This document shows positions 1-13,100 of a stretch of DNA of 64,000 nucleotides, piece after piece. The stretch spans positions 37,510,001-37,574,000 of the forward strand of contig NC_043014.1 in the NCBI RefSeq assembly GCF_006345805.1, read 5' to 3'. The notes beneath the pieces are model-generated. The model did not search any database. It saw only the letters and a program-made list of their open reading frames with translations, and was not told where the DNA came from. How positions within the stretch are numbered: position 1 is the stretch's first letter; each line of letters begins with the position of its first letter. The position numbers were made by a program, and so were the translations under genes. Source of the stretch: Octopus sinensis. Its lineage: Eukaryota.

Positions 1-268
1 TTTCAGTTTCAACCTACCAAATCTAACAAGGCTTTGGTTGGCCTGTGGTTATAATTGACGACACTTGCCCAAGGTACCATGCAGTTGGATTGAACCTGAA
101 TCCATGTGATTGAGAAGCAAGCTTCTTAACCCCACGGCTGAGGATTCCTTTCATTGTAACTCAGTTTCGTGTAGATTGTGTATGAATTTCTTTTCAAGAG
201 GTTTTCACAGAACTATGTGTGACAACTAATGGCAACCTCAACATCAAATAAAAACAAACTCTACTTCA

Positions 269-274
269 TTTATT
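269..274 (-). terminator. Candidate polyadenylation signal for GLMN
   Basis: AATAAA on the minus strand about 270 nt after the stop codon. Other AT-rich candidates lie nearby. Confidence 0.35.
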
Positions 275-541
275 CAATAGGTTTTTTTTTATTTTCTTTC
301 ATAAATTTAAATGTATGCATATATATGTATGTATATATATACACACACACATACACACAAATACATGTTTGTGTGGCAATTACCAATGAATGTTTTGGCT
401 ATAAATGGCTGGAGATCAGGATGATAAGAGAAAATGTTTTAAAAGGAATTTTTATTTTTCAGTACTTTGAAGCAATTGGACAATTGCAGACTATTTTCTG
501 TTGAGGTAATGTCAATTTCTTCATTTTGACAATCTACCTTG

Positions 542-2467
542 TCAACTGTTTGATTTAACAGCGGAAGCCTGTGGTTGCTGATCAAGGAGCTCATTAATAC
601 GACACAACACACAACCCATCATGTCAAATGTATTCAAAGCATTGTTAAATACTTGTACCAGTTGGTCAGGTGGAAGATTGGGCAACATCTGATTGCCAAC
701 ATTGACTGTCATCTCTGGTTTATTCTCCTCGAGGGCATTCTTCTTTACTTCTTCTCCATGATGGACGTTTTTCAGCTCTAGTTTATAGTGAGCCCTAGAC
801 ATGTCTAAAGCCACTTGAAGAGGGGAAAGAAACTGAGTCCTTAATTTATTCTCTAAACTCCAAAACCCAGAAATATTTTTAGAACGAGGATCTCTCAATA
901 TAAGATAACGCACAAAGTTCATGGAAGAAAGAATTCGATCGGAATGTTGGAGAATATCTGTGGTTTCTGCATCTGGCAATTGGATAATAGCTCGAAGCAG
1001 TTTTAATAAATTTTCACCAAGGAAAGTGTGATCCTCTACTGGATATTTCTGTAAGCAGAAGTCTACCTCATCTTTGATTAACTGAATACAGTAACCAAGA
1101 ACCCCAGGGTTCTCACAACATGCTAACAGAGATTTATATGCTTGATAACGACCTGCTGGTTCAAACATCCGTATAACATCTGTGAAGATGTTGACGGCGA
1201 GTTTGCGGAAAGTTTGGAGGGAACAATGTAACATAATCTTAGTCAAACTAGTTAAGAGTTGTAGATAACAATCATTTTCAAAAAACACCGGCCGCAGTGT
1301 ATAAGGTTCAATTTTTTGCAAACAACTATTGGCCAAATGCAAACCCTTATACAAAATGAGAGATTGGGAAGAATCAAGTAGTCTAAGAATAAATGGTATG
1401 TTGTATTCAAATATGTATCTTGGAGAATATACACAGCGTATACTGTCAATACTTAGATTTTCTGAGAAAACTAAATACAATAAACAGCTTATGGACAATT
1501 CTGGTATTGGAGCTTTTGTCTCTTCTTCATCGTCTTCTTTTGTATTTTTATCCTCGGTCAAACCTTTCTCAAGTTCCTCAGTGCTCATATTATCATCATG
1601 TTCTGTTTTGTCTCCATCCTCCTCCTCTTCATCAGCATTTTTGATTTTTTTTTTATCTAATTTTAGGCTGCTGTTATAGAAGAGAGCATCCTCAGCAATC
1701 TGGAGAAAATCTTGATGAAGACAAGCCAGTTGGGAAAAAAGCCTTTCAGCACATAAGTGGCTTTCTGACTTTGCAGATTTATCATTGACCGGAGAAGCTA
1801 GATGGAGAAAGAGAAGAGGTTTATTTAATAATGCCAACAGATACCAATTGAGAAGATCTGCCTGGAGTGGTTGGTAAGCATGCTGGTTATTTCTGTTCTT
1901 TAAGGAGACTGCTTCAACAAATGGCTTCATAAAATCAAGAGTTGCAAGAACAATGTCAGTAAGCCTTTTGACAACAGGATCGTTCTCAAACAGCTTTTGT
2001 TCCTCTTCTCCTTCTAATGCATTATTATCAGGGAGTTCCACCGAACAGATATAACGATAAATTGCTTGCAAACTATTTTCTAAGGAGGACACACAAGGTT
2101 TTGGAAATTTTAACAGGCAGTCACAAATGGGTCCAAGAACAGATTTGAACTGTGTATCATCAACAAGATCTCCCCAGTTTTCTAAGATTGCAAGTAATAA
2201 GACACGAGGTTTGCCTTTCTTAATAAGATGAGCAAGACAATATTCACAAGTTTTGAAGAAACTAGGATTCTGTTCAAGGTTTTCCTGTGTCAGACAATGT
2301 ACAATGTCACTTGTTAAATCAAAGAATATAGTCTGTTCTGAAAGATCTTGTTCTAAAACATAGTTAGCGAGTCCCTTGGAATCACGAAAAGAGAGGCATT
2401 CTTTAATTTGGTCATATAATAAAGTAGGGTCATCGGTTTTGGCAGGAGTTTCAAGTGGGCCCTCCAT
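542..2467 (-). CDS. GLMN: Glomulin (FKBP-associated protein / RBX1 inhibitor; YAP-binding/ALF4/glomulin family), 641 aa, single coding exon
   Basis: Uninterrupted ORF. The first ATG is at 2467 in a good Kozak context (AGGATGG); the track start at 2476 is a TTG. There is an in-frame TGA upstream at 2501-2503. C-terminal motifs DILQHSDRILSSMNFVRYLILRD, SGFW, FLSPLQVALDMSRAHYKLELK, LPNLPPDQLVQV and FDMMGCVLCRINELL match the glomulin C-terminus as I recall it. Confidence 0.93.
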   Translation of the reverse strand: MEGPLETPAKTDDPTLLYDQIKECLSFRDSKGLANYVLEQDLSEQTIFFDLTSDIVHCLTQENLEQNPSFFKTCEYCLAHLIKKGKPRVLLLAILENWGDLVDDTQFKSVLGPICDCLLKFPKPCVSSLENSLQAIYRYICSVELPDNNALEGEEEQKLFENDPVVKRLTDIVLATLDFMKPFVEAVSLKNRNNQHAYQPLQADLLNWYLLALLNKPLLFLHLASPVNDKSAKSESHLCAERLFSQLACLHQDFLQIAEDALFYNSSLKLDKKKIKNADEEEEDGDKTEHDDNMSTEELEKGLTEDKNTKEDDEEETKAPIPELSISCLLYLVFSENLSIDSIRCVYSPRYIFEYNIPFILRLLDSSQSLILYKGLHLANSCLQKIEPYTLRPVFFENDCYLQLLTSLTKIMLHCSLQTFRKLAVNIFTDVIRMFEPAGRYQAYKSLLACCENPGVLGYCIQLIKDEVDFCLQKYPVEDHTFLGENLLKLLRAIIQLPDAETTDILQHSDRILSSMNFVRYLILRDPRSKNISGFWSLENKLRTQFLSPLQVALDMSRAHYKLELKNVHHGEEVKKNALEENKPEMTVNVGNQMLPNLPPDQLVQVFNNALNTFDMMGCVLCRINELLDQQPQASAVKSNS

Positions 2468-2539
2468 CCTCAGCAACCAAAGAATTACAGAAAATGCAAT
2501 TCACAATGATGACATCAACTGGGCGGCTTTAGTGAATAT

Positions 2540-2560
2540 CTGAAAAGCAAAAGGAAAGCA
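2540..2560 (-). promoter_or_regulatory. 3' splice acceptor preceding the GLMN coding exon (implies upstream 5'UTR exon or exons)
   Basis: Minus strand reads TGCTTTCCTTTTGCTTTTCAG|ATATTCAC, 72 nt upstream of the ATG. Confidence 0.7.
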
Positions 2561-3339
2561 TCAAACTGGATCCACTAAGTTTGAATATGTAATACATAGA
2601 TATACTAAATCACCAATTCTAAGCAGCAAATGCTACATATTCCTACCTATCATATATATGTGTGTGACAAAGTGTCAAATTTGGGGGGGGGGGGGTTCAA
2701 ATTAAAATCTAAATTTTGATAATTACAATTTTCAAAATCATCAAATTTTAAACAAAAGAACTGATTTGAGATGAACCCCCACCCAAAATAACATGTTTTC
2801 AATATGCCTGTTTCACTAGTCAAATTAGAGTTTATATCTAATATCACTCTACATTGAAAACCATAGAAGTTATTTCATTCATAATTAAGTTTTAAGGTTT
2901 TGTTCAAGACTCATTTCTCCTGAAACTAGACATATTTAAAACTGTTTGAATATTTAAAACTTTTAATATCTTAAAGATTATATTTTCAATTTCATGTGTA
3001 AATTTTTTTTTTTACTCCCTCTCTTTTTACACTAGTTTAGTCTGGTGGAATTGGATGGCTCACAGTTTCTGCAGGCACTCTAGGACTATTGACATTCAAG
3101 ATTCCTCTTGAATAGTTTTTAAGTCACTGACTGGAGGAAAGAAAGACATGTGGACAATGTTTTGGATATAGCGTGGGGAGGGGGGCTATGAAGTGGAGAA
3201 TAGGAAGAGAAGAGACAAGTGAACTGGGAGTATGTAAGCAGAGGTGACATGAGACTAGATAGCACCAAAAGAACAGAAAGAATTGTAATAGGAGAGACAG
3301 CAAGTTTGTGGGTCAGAGCTTGGAGTGTATTGCATATAT

Positions 3340-3935
3340 CGGATCTTTTCCTTTTCTAGTTAACTAAACACTTTAAAACTTTGTATACTGGTAGAATGTG
3401 TCAAAATAAAACATTTTTTTCTCTTGGCTTTCTTGAGAAAATTGTAATTTGTTTGTTTAATGTAGTTTAATTTTTTGAATTTTAACTAATCCTCTGCTCT
3501 CTTTTGAGCTAAAATCATTTGCTGCGTCTAAAACTGAGACGTATACAGAAAGCGTGTGTATAAAATTATAGAATTATTTTGTTTGTTAATTGTTTAAATT
3601 ATTTTCCATTGCTTTCGGCTTTTTTTACACGTGTAACAATTAAATTAATTTAACAATTAAAAAAAAAAAGTTAGGGTTAGGTTCAGGGTTAGTGACAGGA
3701 TGTTGTCTCAGTTTTAGACGCAGCAAATGATTTTAGTTCAATGGAGGTAATCGATTGGTTAAAATTGCCAAAATGCTTGGATTTTCAGACGAAATATCTT
3801 ACAAACTATAGAATTTTCTCAATAAAACCAAGAGAAAATGATGTTTTAAACACATTCTACCAGTATACAAAGTTTAAAACTTTTTAGTTACCTAGAAATT
3901 ATGTTACAAACTGCTGTTCAAAAGGAAAAGATCCC
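3340..3935. mobile_element. MITE, GGGATCTTTTC-TIR family, 6-bp TSD ATATAT
   Basis: TIR ends CGGATCTTTTC / GAAAAGATCCC with ATATAT on both sides. Confidence 0.8.
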
Positions 3936-4483
3936 ATATATCTGTACATACAAATGGATGTCTCATCACATATTAACTACACTTGAAATATAATCTGGGA
4001 ACATGGATTCTAATAAAATAATCTACAGAAAAGTTTTAACAGATACAGGCTCCTCTAGAGAGAGTCTGAAGCACTTTATATATAGATATATAAAGTGGCA
4101 ACGACTTATATTCAATAACCAGTTACATGTTAGCAACCACGCCACCAAAAAAAAAAAAAAAAATTGTGCCTCTAAGAATAATATTTGAATAAAGATGACG
4201 AGTGTGAGCTAAGTGTATTGAGTGACAGAGCAGAGTCATTAATTCAAACCTTCCACTAGCCACTGTATGGAGACCTTAAGCAAGACACTTAACTCTGCTT
4301 GTCTGTTTATCTAAAAAATGTTTCAGTTTTGCAAAAAAAGGCACCCTGTTATTAAAAACATGGCTCTATTAAAAACCTGTATTTTGACTTTTTTTTTGTG
4401 GAAGAATCATATTATCCACATAAGCACACATACAGATCTACCATTATATTTCGTTGTTTTATTTCTTTATAAAAATCAAAATA

Positions 4484-5790
4484 TGAGGTGGTATCAAAAA
4501 GTTCCAGGACTAGTTATGTTTAATAAAAAAAATGACTTATTTACCTAAGTTTTCACATCATCTTTGAAACAGACACCTTGCACACCAATACACCGGTCTC
4601 AGTGTTCTTGCCACTTTTGGAATCTGGCCTGGAAGTAATTTTCCAACCACTTTTGGAATCATGGCATGGAAGCAAGTTGAGGACCTTCTGCAATTCGCTC
4701 TGGATCTCGACAAGTTTTAACACGGTGACTTTTGAGCGGCCTTATCATTTCGGGGGAAGAAATGGAAGTCCACAGTGGCTGTGTGGTAAGTAGCTTTCTT
4801 ACCAACCACATAGTTCCGGGTTCAGTCCCACTGCATGGCACCTTGGGCAAGTGTCTTCTACTATAGCCTCGGGCCGACCAAAGCCTTGTGAGTGGATTTG
4901 GTAGACGGAAACTGAAAGAAGCCTGTCGTATATATGTATGTGTGTGTGTGTTTGTGTTTGTCCCCCCAACATCGCTTGATAACCGATGCTGGTGTGTTTA
5001 CATCCCCGTAACTTAGCGGTTCGGCAAAAAGAGACCGATAGAATAAGTACTAGGCTTACAAAGAATAAGTCCTGTGTTCGATGTGCTCGACTAAAGGCGG
5101 TGCTCCAGCATGGCCGCAGTCAAATGACTGAAACAAGTAAAAGAAAAAAAAAAGTTGCTAAATCTTTTGAATAGGGTGAGTGCAGAAGCTATATCATGTT
5201 GCTTTTGGTGAGAAACTCACAAATAAGGAAAGCTCAGAGACAAGTTACAATGTCAGCATGAAGAATCCAATTCTTTTGCTCCACATATCCAGTCACTTTC
5301 ACTGAATGTTTTCCCTCAAACGCTCCAAGACGTTGCAGTAGAACTCTCAATTAATGGTTTGGCCCTGGGGGATGAATTCTTGATGCAGAATACCACATTT
5401 TCCAGGAGTGGCACTCATGGCACGTCTTCCAGGGATGTTCGTCTGCTTTTGAAGCAGCCATGCCACTCGAAACATTGCATACAAACCATTGCCTCATTGC
5501 AGTAAGCTTGCCAGAGCATGCTCAATGTCTCTGTAGCAGACTTCCCAAGTTTAACCCAAAATTTCATGTTGGGTCTTTGATCCAATTTCCTGTCCATGAC
5601 AAAATTGCAGATAAACAGCATACATGTGATCACAAAGCGCAAAGTTCACAACTTGCAAAGTAAACACAGCGATGTCACTTGGCATACTGCCTCATGAAAG
5701 TCACTACTAGCTCTCACTGTGCACACAACCGTATGCTGCCATCTGTTAGCATGCTACAGAACTAGTCTGAGAACTTTTGATACTACTTTG
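4484..5790 (-). mobile_element. Decayed mariner transposon interrupted by a SINE
   Basis: TIRs (GAGGTGGTATCAAAAAGTTCCAGGACTAG / CTAGTCTGAGAACTTTTGATACTACTTTG) with TA flanks. Transposase N-terminus MDRKLDQRPNMKFWVKLGKSATETLSML at 5415-5600. Confidence 0.85.
4766..5150 (+). mobile_element. Octopus tRNA-derived SINE, family A (head AGGAGTGGCTGTGTGGTAAG, internal (TA)/(TG)n)
   Basis: Other copies at about 1-137(-), 6167-6565(+), 10835-11225(-), 22222-22375(+), 24060-24900(-), 26305-26712(+), 26860-27105(-), 36230-36455(-), 37505-37900(-), 39045-39448(+), 46372-47195(+, split), 48072-48640(+), 52725-53170(-) and 58860-59290(-). Confidence 0.88.
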
Positions 5791-6888
5791 TATATATACT
5801 CTATATAATAAGCTGCTGGCACTCTGCTGGTTATGACAAGGGCTCCAGTTGTTTTGATCAACAGAACAGCCTGCTCATGAAATTAACATGCAGTTGGCTG
5901 AGCACTTCACAGACACATGTACCCATAACGTAGTTCTTAGGGAGATTCAGTGACAGAGTCTGTGGCAAGGCTGGCCTTTTGAATTACAGGTACAATTCAT
6001 TCTGGCCAGCTGAGTGGACTGGGGCAACATGAAATAAAGTTTCTTGCTCAAGGACACAATGCACCCCTGGGAATTGAATTCATGACGGTCGTGAGCCGAA
6101 TACCCTAACCACTAAGCAACATGCCTATATATAATACTATGAAGATATATATATATCTATATATACTAGATAGGCACAGGAGTGGCTGTGTAGTATGTAG
6201 CTTGCTTACCAACCACATGGTTGCGTGGGAAGTGTCTTCTACTATAGCCTCGGGCTGACCAAAGCCTTGTGAGTGGATTTGGTAGACGGAAATGAAAGAA
6301 GCCCATCATATATATGTATATATATATATATGTATGTATGTGTGTGTGTGTATATGTTTGTGTGTCTGTGTTTGTCCCCCCCCCCCAATATCGCTTGACA
6401 ACCAATGGTGGTGTGTTTACATCCTCGTAACTTAGTGGTTTGGCAAAAGAGACTTATAGAATAAGTATTAGGCTTCCAAAGAATAAGTCCTGGGGTCGAT
6501 TTGCTCGACTAAAGGCGGTGCTCCAGCATGGCCACAGTCAAATGACTGAAACAAGTAAAAGAGAGTGTCAAAGGTAGAGTATTTCTACAACTGATCACCA
6601 GCACTTGAGAGTGATAAAGTGATAGATCATCATCATCATTTTAACATCTGCTTCTCCACATTTGTATGGGTTGGATGGAGTCTACTGAGGAAGATTTTCT
6701 ATAGCCAGATGCTCTTCCTGTCATCAATCCTCAGGTATTTTCAAGCAAGGTAAAATTTCCTCATGGTGAGACAGGTTTATGCAGAAAGTTGGAAATGAGT
6801 GACATGGTCTATATGACAATGACACTAATAAGTCTTGCATAATGTCAAGATGTTATGCAAGAAACAAATATATACATATATATATATA

Positions 6889-7070
6889 TATCTGTAAATG
6901 TAATATGTGACAATTATTTGGTAGCCATGATAAAACTCCGAGTTTCGGATGCTGAGGTGGAAACCCATGCTGCCATCTCTTCATGGCAGTGTGGATTTCC
7001 ACCTCAGCATCCGAAACTCAGAATTTTATCATGGCTACCGAATAATTGTCACATATTACATTTACAGATA
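6889..7070. repeat. Fold-back element with about 87-bp arms and an 8-nt loop, TA-flanked
   Basis: TATCTGTAAATGTAATATGTGAC...GTCACATATTACATTTACAGATA, with a few mismatches. Confidence 0.85.
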
Positions 7071-9234
7071 AATTCCTCTGTTTACATAATCGAGGTCTCT
7101 TTCATTCTTTTGTTGTCTTACCACTTTTATCAATATATATATGTGTGTGTGTATGTGAATTTTAGGTTAGAGAATATATGTCTGATATTACTTGTAAAGG
7201 CAAATTCACTGTAGTTACTATGGAGAAAAAATTTTATGGTAAAAAGGTATTCACACACACATAATGGGCTTCTTTCAGTTTTCCACCTACCAAATCCATT
7301 TACAAGTCTTTGGTTGGCCAGGAGCTATAGTAAAAGACACTTGCCCAAGGTTCCACACAGGGAGACTGGACCAATAAATTTTTTTGACACTTAATGGTAT
7401 TATATATCACAAAGTGTGAAAAGGAACAAAAGTGATTGTATGATACAATTGTTTTAAATTGATATGACTTCTTCCATGACATGTGTCATTTGCAACACAC
7501 AGTACCAGATTGAATAAAACCCCAAGATTTTAAAAACTATTTTCTGTTTTATTCATTAAACTATTCGCATTTAAACAGGACATATCCTGCTCAAATATTC
7601 TACCTGTTTTATACTAAACTGGGCCAGATTCTGCTTCTCACACCTACTCTACAATGTTGTTCTGAAAATAAGCAATCATATCATCAAAATCTTGAAGCTA
7701 TGAAATAATGCAGAATAATGTGAATGCTGAAGTGTTAATGTCTAAGTCTGTGATGCTTGGGAATCCAGCAGGAGAGTTGAATGATGACTGCTTCTGATAG
7801 GAATCTACAGAGGAAGTGCTTGAGGATTCTACCCCTATGACCCTCCCAGGAATATAGGGGCTGTGAAAATGGATTGGAGAGGTGGTGAACAAGTGACCAA
7901 GACATCTGGTGATATGCTATGCTGAGAAGACCTGTGAAGCCAAGTGAAATCGTAGTTGTGACCAATGCCAGTGTCACCTAAGAAGCACCCTTTGGACATT
8001 GGGCTTCATGGAGGCAATGATAAGTGACAGACCTTTGGTGATATGCTGTGCTTGAGAAGATCTGTCAAGCCGAGTGAAATCATAGTTGTGACTGATGCTG
8101 GTGTCATGTAACTGACAACCGTGCCAGTGGCATGTAAAAAGCACCCACTACACTCTTGGAGTGGTTGGCGTTAGGAAGGTCATCCAGCCATAGAAACCAT
8201 GCTAAATCAGATTGGAATTGATGTAGCCCTCCAGCTTACCAGTTTCAAACTGTCTAAGCCATGCCAACATGGAAAGCAGGCACTAAATGATGATGATGAA
8301 ATGTTGCACTATAGTAAAACTTCCCCTTGGTTTTCAAGGGGGTAAGTAACTGAGAAATTTCTTCCCTTGAATAGAACATTAGTCCACTGTAAATTTTTAC
8401 CAAAGAAATACTTGATCTCAGCACTACAAACCAATGAAATCTAAAACATCTGAAAACAGAGTACGATTGGCTGGGACCATGAACAGCATCTATGTATGGT
8501 ACTGATTAGATAAATTCAGCCTTTTAGGAGGTAAGGGTCATTGCCAATGGCTCAGTTTGCTGGAGTTTAATTCTACATTCTACACTACCGCTCCTACATT
8601 AACATTTACTTCATTACGTAATTAACAAAATTTGTCCTTAAATTGGCAATATTAGCAGAATTATATATTACAATATGAATAATGGATCCAACATGATTTT
8701 TTCCAATTCACATCTAATTAAAAAACATTTACTCACTTGAACATTTAATAAGCTGAGGATTAAAAGACAGAAATTTCAACACATAACTAGCTAATACAAT
8801 TTTACTGTGATGAAACTGCACTACATAGACGCATATAACATGAAATATGAGTCCATGAAGGAAGCTTCACTTATTTAGAACCAATTTTTCCATTAAATAA
8901 ATCACTGCCACATCGACCCATCAAAACAGACACCTCATGTGATAATATAAAATAGTGTAAGTTAAATGTTTTTAATTCCTGAAAGGATGTTTGCAAGAAT
9001 CTGCACTTAGATTCTGATATCAAGGTGTTAGCTAACAGGACAAGATAAATCTCTGGTTACAGTGGTAGTAAATTGCAAGGGACATTTTCAAATGAACATT
9101 GCTTTTGCTGTAAGCTAAGTAAACTAAGATACACAGAGAATTAATTATACTACCCAAATACACTATGAAAGGATCAGAACAATAATTTTAATTACAAATA
9201 GCTGGATGCTCAGCAGTAGAATGTACATCTACAA

Positions 9235-9568
9235 CAGTGGTTCTCAACTGGGGTTCATATAAGATTTTTGGAGGGCCAAACAAAATAGTAAATTAGGGAT
9301 ACTCAATAGTTTTTTGAGGGCTCCTGAAAAAATTTTGCTTTGCATGTATGTTTTGGTATATATTGCTAAAAACAGCTAAGTTTCTTTCTTTCACATTTTA
9401 CATAGTTTAACCTACACAAGTTAAAGTGTGAAAAAAATACGAATTTTGAAAGAAGTATCTATAAAACTGGTTTTAAACATTGAATGGCTACAGGGGGGGG
9501 GGGGGTTCCACCAGAACAAAACAATAACCAAAGCGATCCATAGATAAAAAATTGTTGAGAAACCCCTG
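9235..9568. mobile_element. hAT (Charlie-like) MITE
   Basis: TIR CAGTGGTTCTCAAC / GTTGAGAAACCCCTG. 8-bp TSD ATCTACAA/ATCTAGAA. Confidence 0.8.
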
Positions 9569-9850
9569 ATCTAGAATGTGTAAGTAGCTACCCAGACAGA
9601 ATCAGAAGGGTGTTAGACAAAAAATGCTTTGTGGCATTCAGTTACATCATTTTACACGCCGCCAAGTCCAATGTGTTGCTTTTCCTCATGGGGAAGGGGG
9701 GGGGGTGGTGATAAATTAAGTTTAGTAGCAAACAAATATTGGGATGTTTTAATTGGCTATGCTCTCACTCAAAATGTGTGGCCTTGTCTATGACAGAAAT
9801 CAGTATTTGAACACACTTCAGATATGCCTTCAATACAACAAATAATTATA

Positions 9851-10155
9851 TCTTAATATATAAAATTGAAGTTGTGTGTGTGAGACTCTGTCTCCTCCGA
9901 TTTAGATTCCTAACTACTCCCACATTTTGCGGTGCAGTTTAACCAAAAGCGGGTATCTTATAGTCGTGATTCATATCGAGCCCTTCTGGGTATTAGCGCG
10001 TGTCTACGATGAGTCTACGATTTAAAAAAAATTTACCATCATTTTTCCACATTTTTAATGCATTTTTGCTCGGTTTATATAAGGGAAGTAACTCTCTAAA
10101 AATGCTTATAGTTATTTCCCTTACAAACCCGAGCAACGCCAGGCGATACTGCTAG
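9851..10155 (+). mobile_element. Non-autonomous Helitron
   Basis: A|TC start, 3' hairpin CCCGAGCAACGCCAGG, CTAG|T end. Confidence 0.8.
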
Positions 10156-13100
10156 TCTGATGTAAACTTGTGCAGCATTGCCAACACATACAGTCCAAAT
10201 ACTTCATCAACAAACAAGTAATTATATTTTAACTAGTATTACCTGTTGTATGATGAGTAATGCTAGCAATATGTTTTTGTTACTGTAGTAATATCAAGTA
10301 AAGTTACACAATATGTTTGTATATATATATATATAAAATCAATAACATTAATACTGTTTAACTATCAATTATAAATGCAACATTAATTCTATATAAGGTA
10401 GTATGAAATCTTTTAGGGTGACCAAGCAATCAACAATGAACATTATCAGTACTGTTGATGATTGCGTGTGTGTGTGTGTGCAAGTGCTACTGTTTTGTTT
10501 CGGAGCAAGAAGTAACTTTTTGGGGGGTTCTATGCTTGATGCCTTCATCTTACTTACGTTTTCAATATCATTCTCTTAACTTATAAATTTGTGGCTTTCA
10601 TGTTTTCACTCAAAAATAATTGAAGCAGGACAGTTCCAAAAAGGATATTCCATTATAATTAATTCTGAGATCTAATACTAGTATTAACTTTGCTTTTTAT
10701 TCTTTCAAGATCAATCAAAAGTTTCCTTTCCAAAATTCTACTCATGCCTAGTCAAAAGAAAAGTTACCAAACAATATTTATTCTCTATATCTCTTGAGTA
10801 TCCATTTAATCTCATGAACTACTATATGCTTTTCATGACTCTTTTACTTGCTTCAGTCATTTGACTGTGGCCATGCTGGAGCACCACCTTTAGTCGAGCA
10901 AATCAACCCCAGGACTTATTCTTTGTAAGCCTAGTACTTATTCTATCGGTGTTGTCTGCCGAACTGCTAAGTTACGGGGACGCAAACACACCAGCATTGG
11001 TTGTCAAGCGATGTTGGCAGGTACAAACAGACACAAAAACATATACACACACACATACATATATATGACAGGCTTCTTTCAGTTTCCGTCTACCAAATCC
11101 ACTCACAAGGCTTTAGTTGGCCCGAGACTATGGTAGAAGACACTTGCCCAAGGTGCCATGCAGTGGGACTGAACCTGGAACCATGTGGTTCATAAGCAAG
11201 CTACTTACCACACAGCCACTCCTACATAATACAATTTTAATTTCTCCTAAACACATTTACTTTCTAGACAGTAATTAAAGAGGCTAGCTATTTGACAAAG
11301 CTTCATTCATCAATACTTCACAACCATAAGTCCATACTAAGTTTGGATTTCCTTCTTTTCTTTCCTCATTGCTATTAAAATGGTCACTACTGACGTTAAA
11401 TCAGCATGCCAACAGTATGCCACTCTGACCTAAACCCACTTGGGAAAATAAAGTTTAAAAAAGCAAGAAAAAAGAGGAATGGTTGGGGTTCAAATTCAAC
11501 TGATTTTTCTGCCAACTCAATTTTTTTATCCTGTTTTCTATGAGTGAAGTGAAAAGAGGCTTTTCTAGGTAACAAGTCTGATTCACTAATGCAAACTTTT
11601 TTGATATGCTAGTCTCTTGCATTTCGTCCATTGAACTCTCAAAATACATTAACTAATCCATTTTTTTCTCCCCTATAAATGTATCCATCAAAACTGCCAA
11701 CATGAATTTCAAAATAAACGAAACTGGTAGCACATTTTATTTCGAGAGAGGACTGAAAATGTCCTTTATAATTTCATTTTCTCTCCACGGAGTATCCATG
11801 ATTAGCAGATCCTGAATGAGCTTTATTCCTTCTCCAAAACCAAGAGAAATCAAAATCTGATTATAAAGGCCTTGGTCTTGAAATAACAGTAAACCCGTTC
11901 CTTTGCTATAAATCTAGCCCTCCCCTATTGACAATAGACACAATTAAGTAATCTCACTCACTACGCGATCCTTCAATATAACAGTCCACTTTCACTTTGT
12001 CAAACTACATCTAATAGAGGGATGGGGCAAAATTAGTAACCGGTGTAAAATGAGTGATTTCTGATTTCTCATTATTTTCTCTCTACCCGTTTGAAATCAT
12101 TACATTGCAAGTACTGTACCATCATTTTGAATTGCTACATTATATTTACGAGAAAAAAATTGGTCTGCATAGTTGTTGAATTTGCGAGTCCGAAACAGAG
12201 TCAGGTGACAAGTACATTTTTTTTTTTCAAGAAATTTTCCCTTGACTTTGACCCGACTGTAATTGAGGTTGCTAATAAAATAACTGGATAATTTTTGGTG
12301 TTTTTATGAATCAATTTTCCCTTCTGTTGGATTCCAAGTCAATTTCTTCCTATACTAATTTGATAATTTTCAAATTTCAAAAATAAACTTCCTCTCTTTA
12401 ACAGAATGGTAAGTAAAATATATCATGTAGAGAGACACTCCAGCAGGTCGTGAAGAAGCTACATAGAATATTTTATGTCGAGCTTTTTTTTTTTCAACCG
12501 AGTTTCGTTAATTTCGGATCATGTGCCATTTTCCCATGATCCTCTTTCATTTGATTTAAATATTTTTAAATCTTTTATTTTTGTATTTCTTATGTCTGAG
12601 GATGGATATTGATGTGTATGAGTTGTTTTCAAAAGTAATTCTGGAGAATTGAAGTGGCAAATTTACCTCATCTTTGCTTACTCATTTTGCCCCAGTCAAA
12701 TTTGCCTTTTATATGCTCAAAGAGAAAGGCGATAATTTTCTGAAATAGTGTTCAAATTATGTTACGTTTCTAATGCATTTAGGGAAGGTCATTTGCTTAG
12801 ATGTTATAGTTTTTACAAGGTAGTGAAAAATATATTTTGTCTCAAAGTAAAAAATGCAGTAAAAATTCCTTATTCTGACCTCCACTATAATCTTGAATGG
12901 TCGCCAAAGATTTTTTCTTAAACGTTGTACTGTGGTCAGCACCCCTTTTCATAGGCTTGAATCCCCCCCCCCTTTGTTGTGTTGCTATATAGACATTCCT
13001 ACAAATGTGTGCATCTCCCCCCCACCACGACTTTGGTGCCTCATAACTTCCAAAAAAAAAAACGGATATTTTTTTTTAAATGAAATTCTCTACAAATAAT

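Noticed and set aside
575-1679. ORFs overlapping GLMN on the opposite strand or in other frames
   Set aside because: Shadow ORFs of the real coding sequence.
11455-11900. Fragmentary ORFs including IHVGSFDGYIY
   Set aside because: Interrupted by stops, with no family that I can name.
12390-12414. Possible 4-nt microexon (ACAG|AATG|GTAAGT) on the plus strand
   Set aside because: No plus-strand host gene is evident here.
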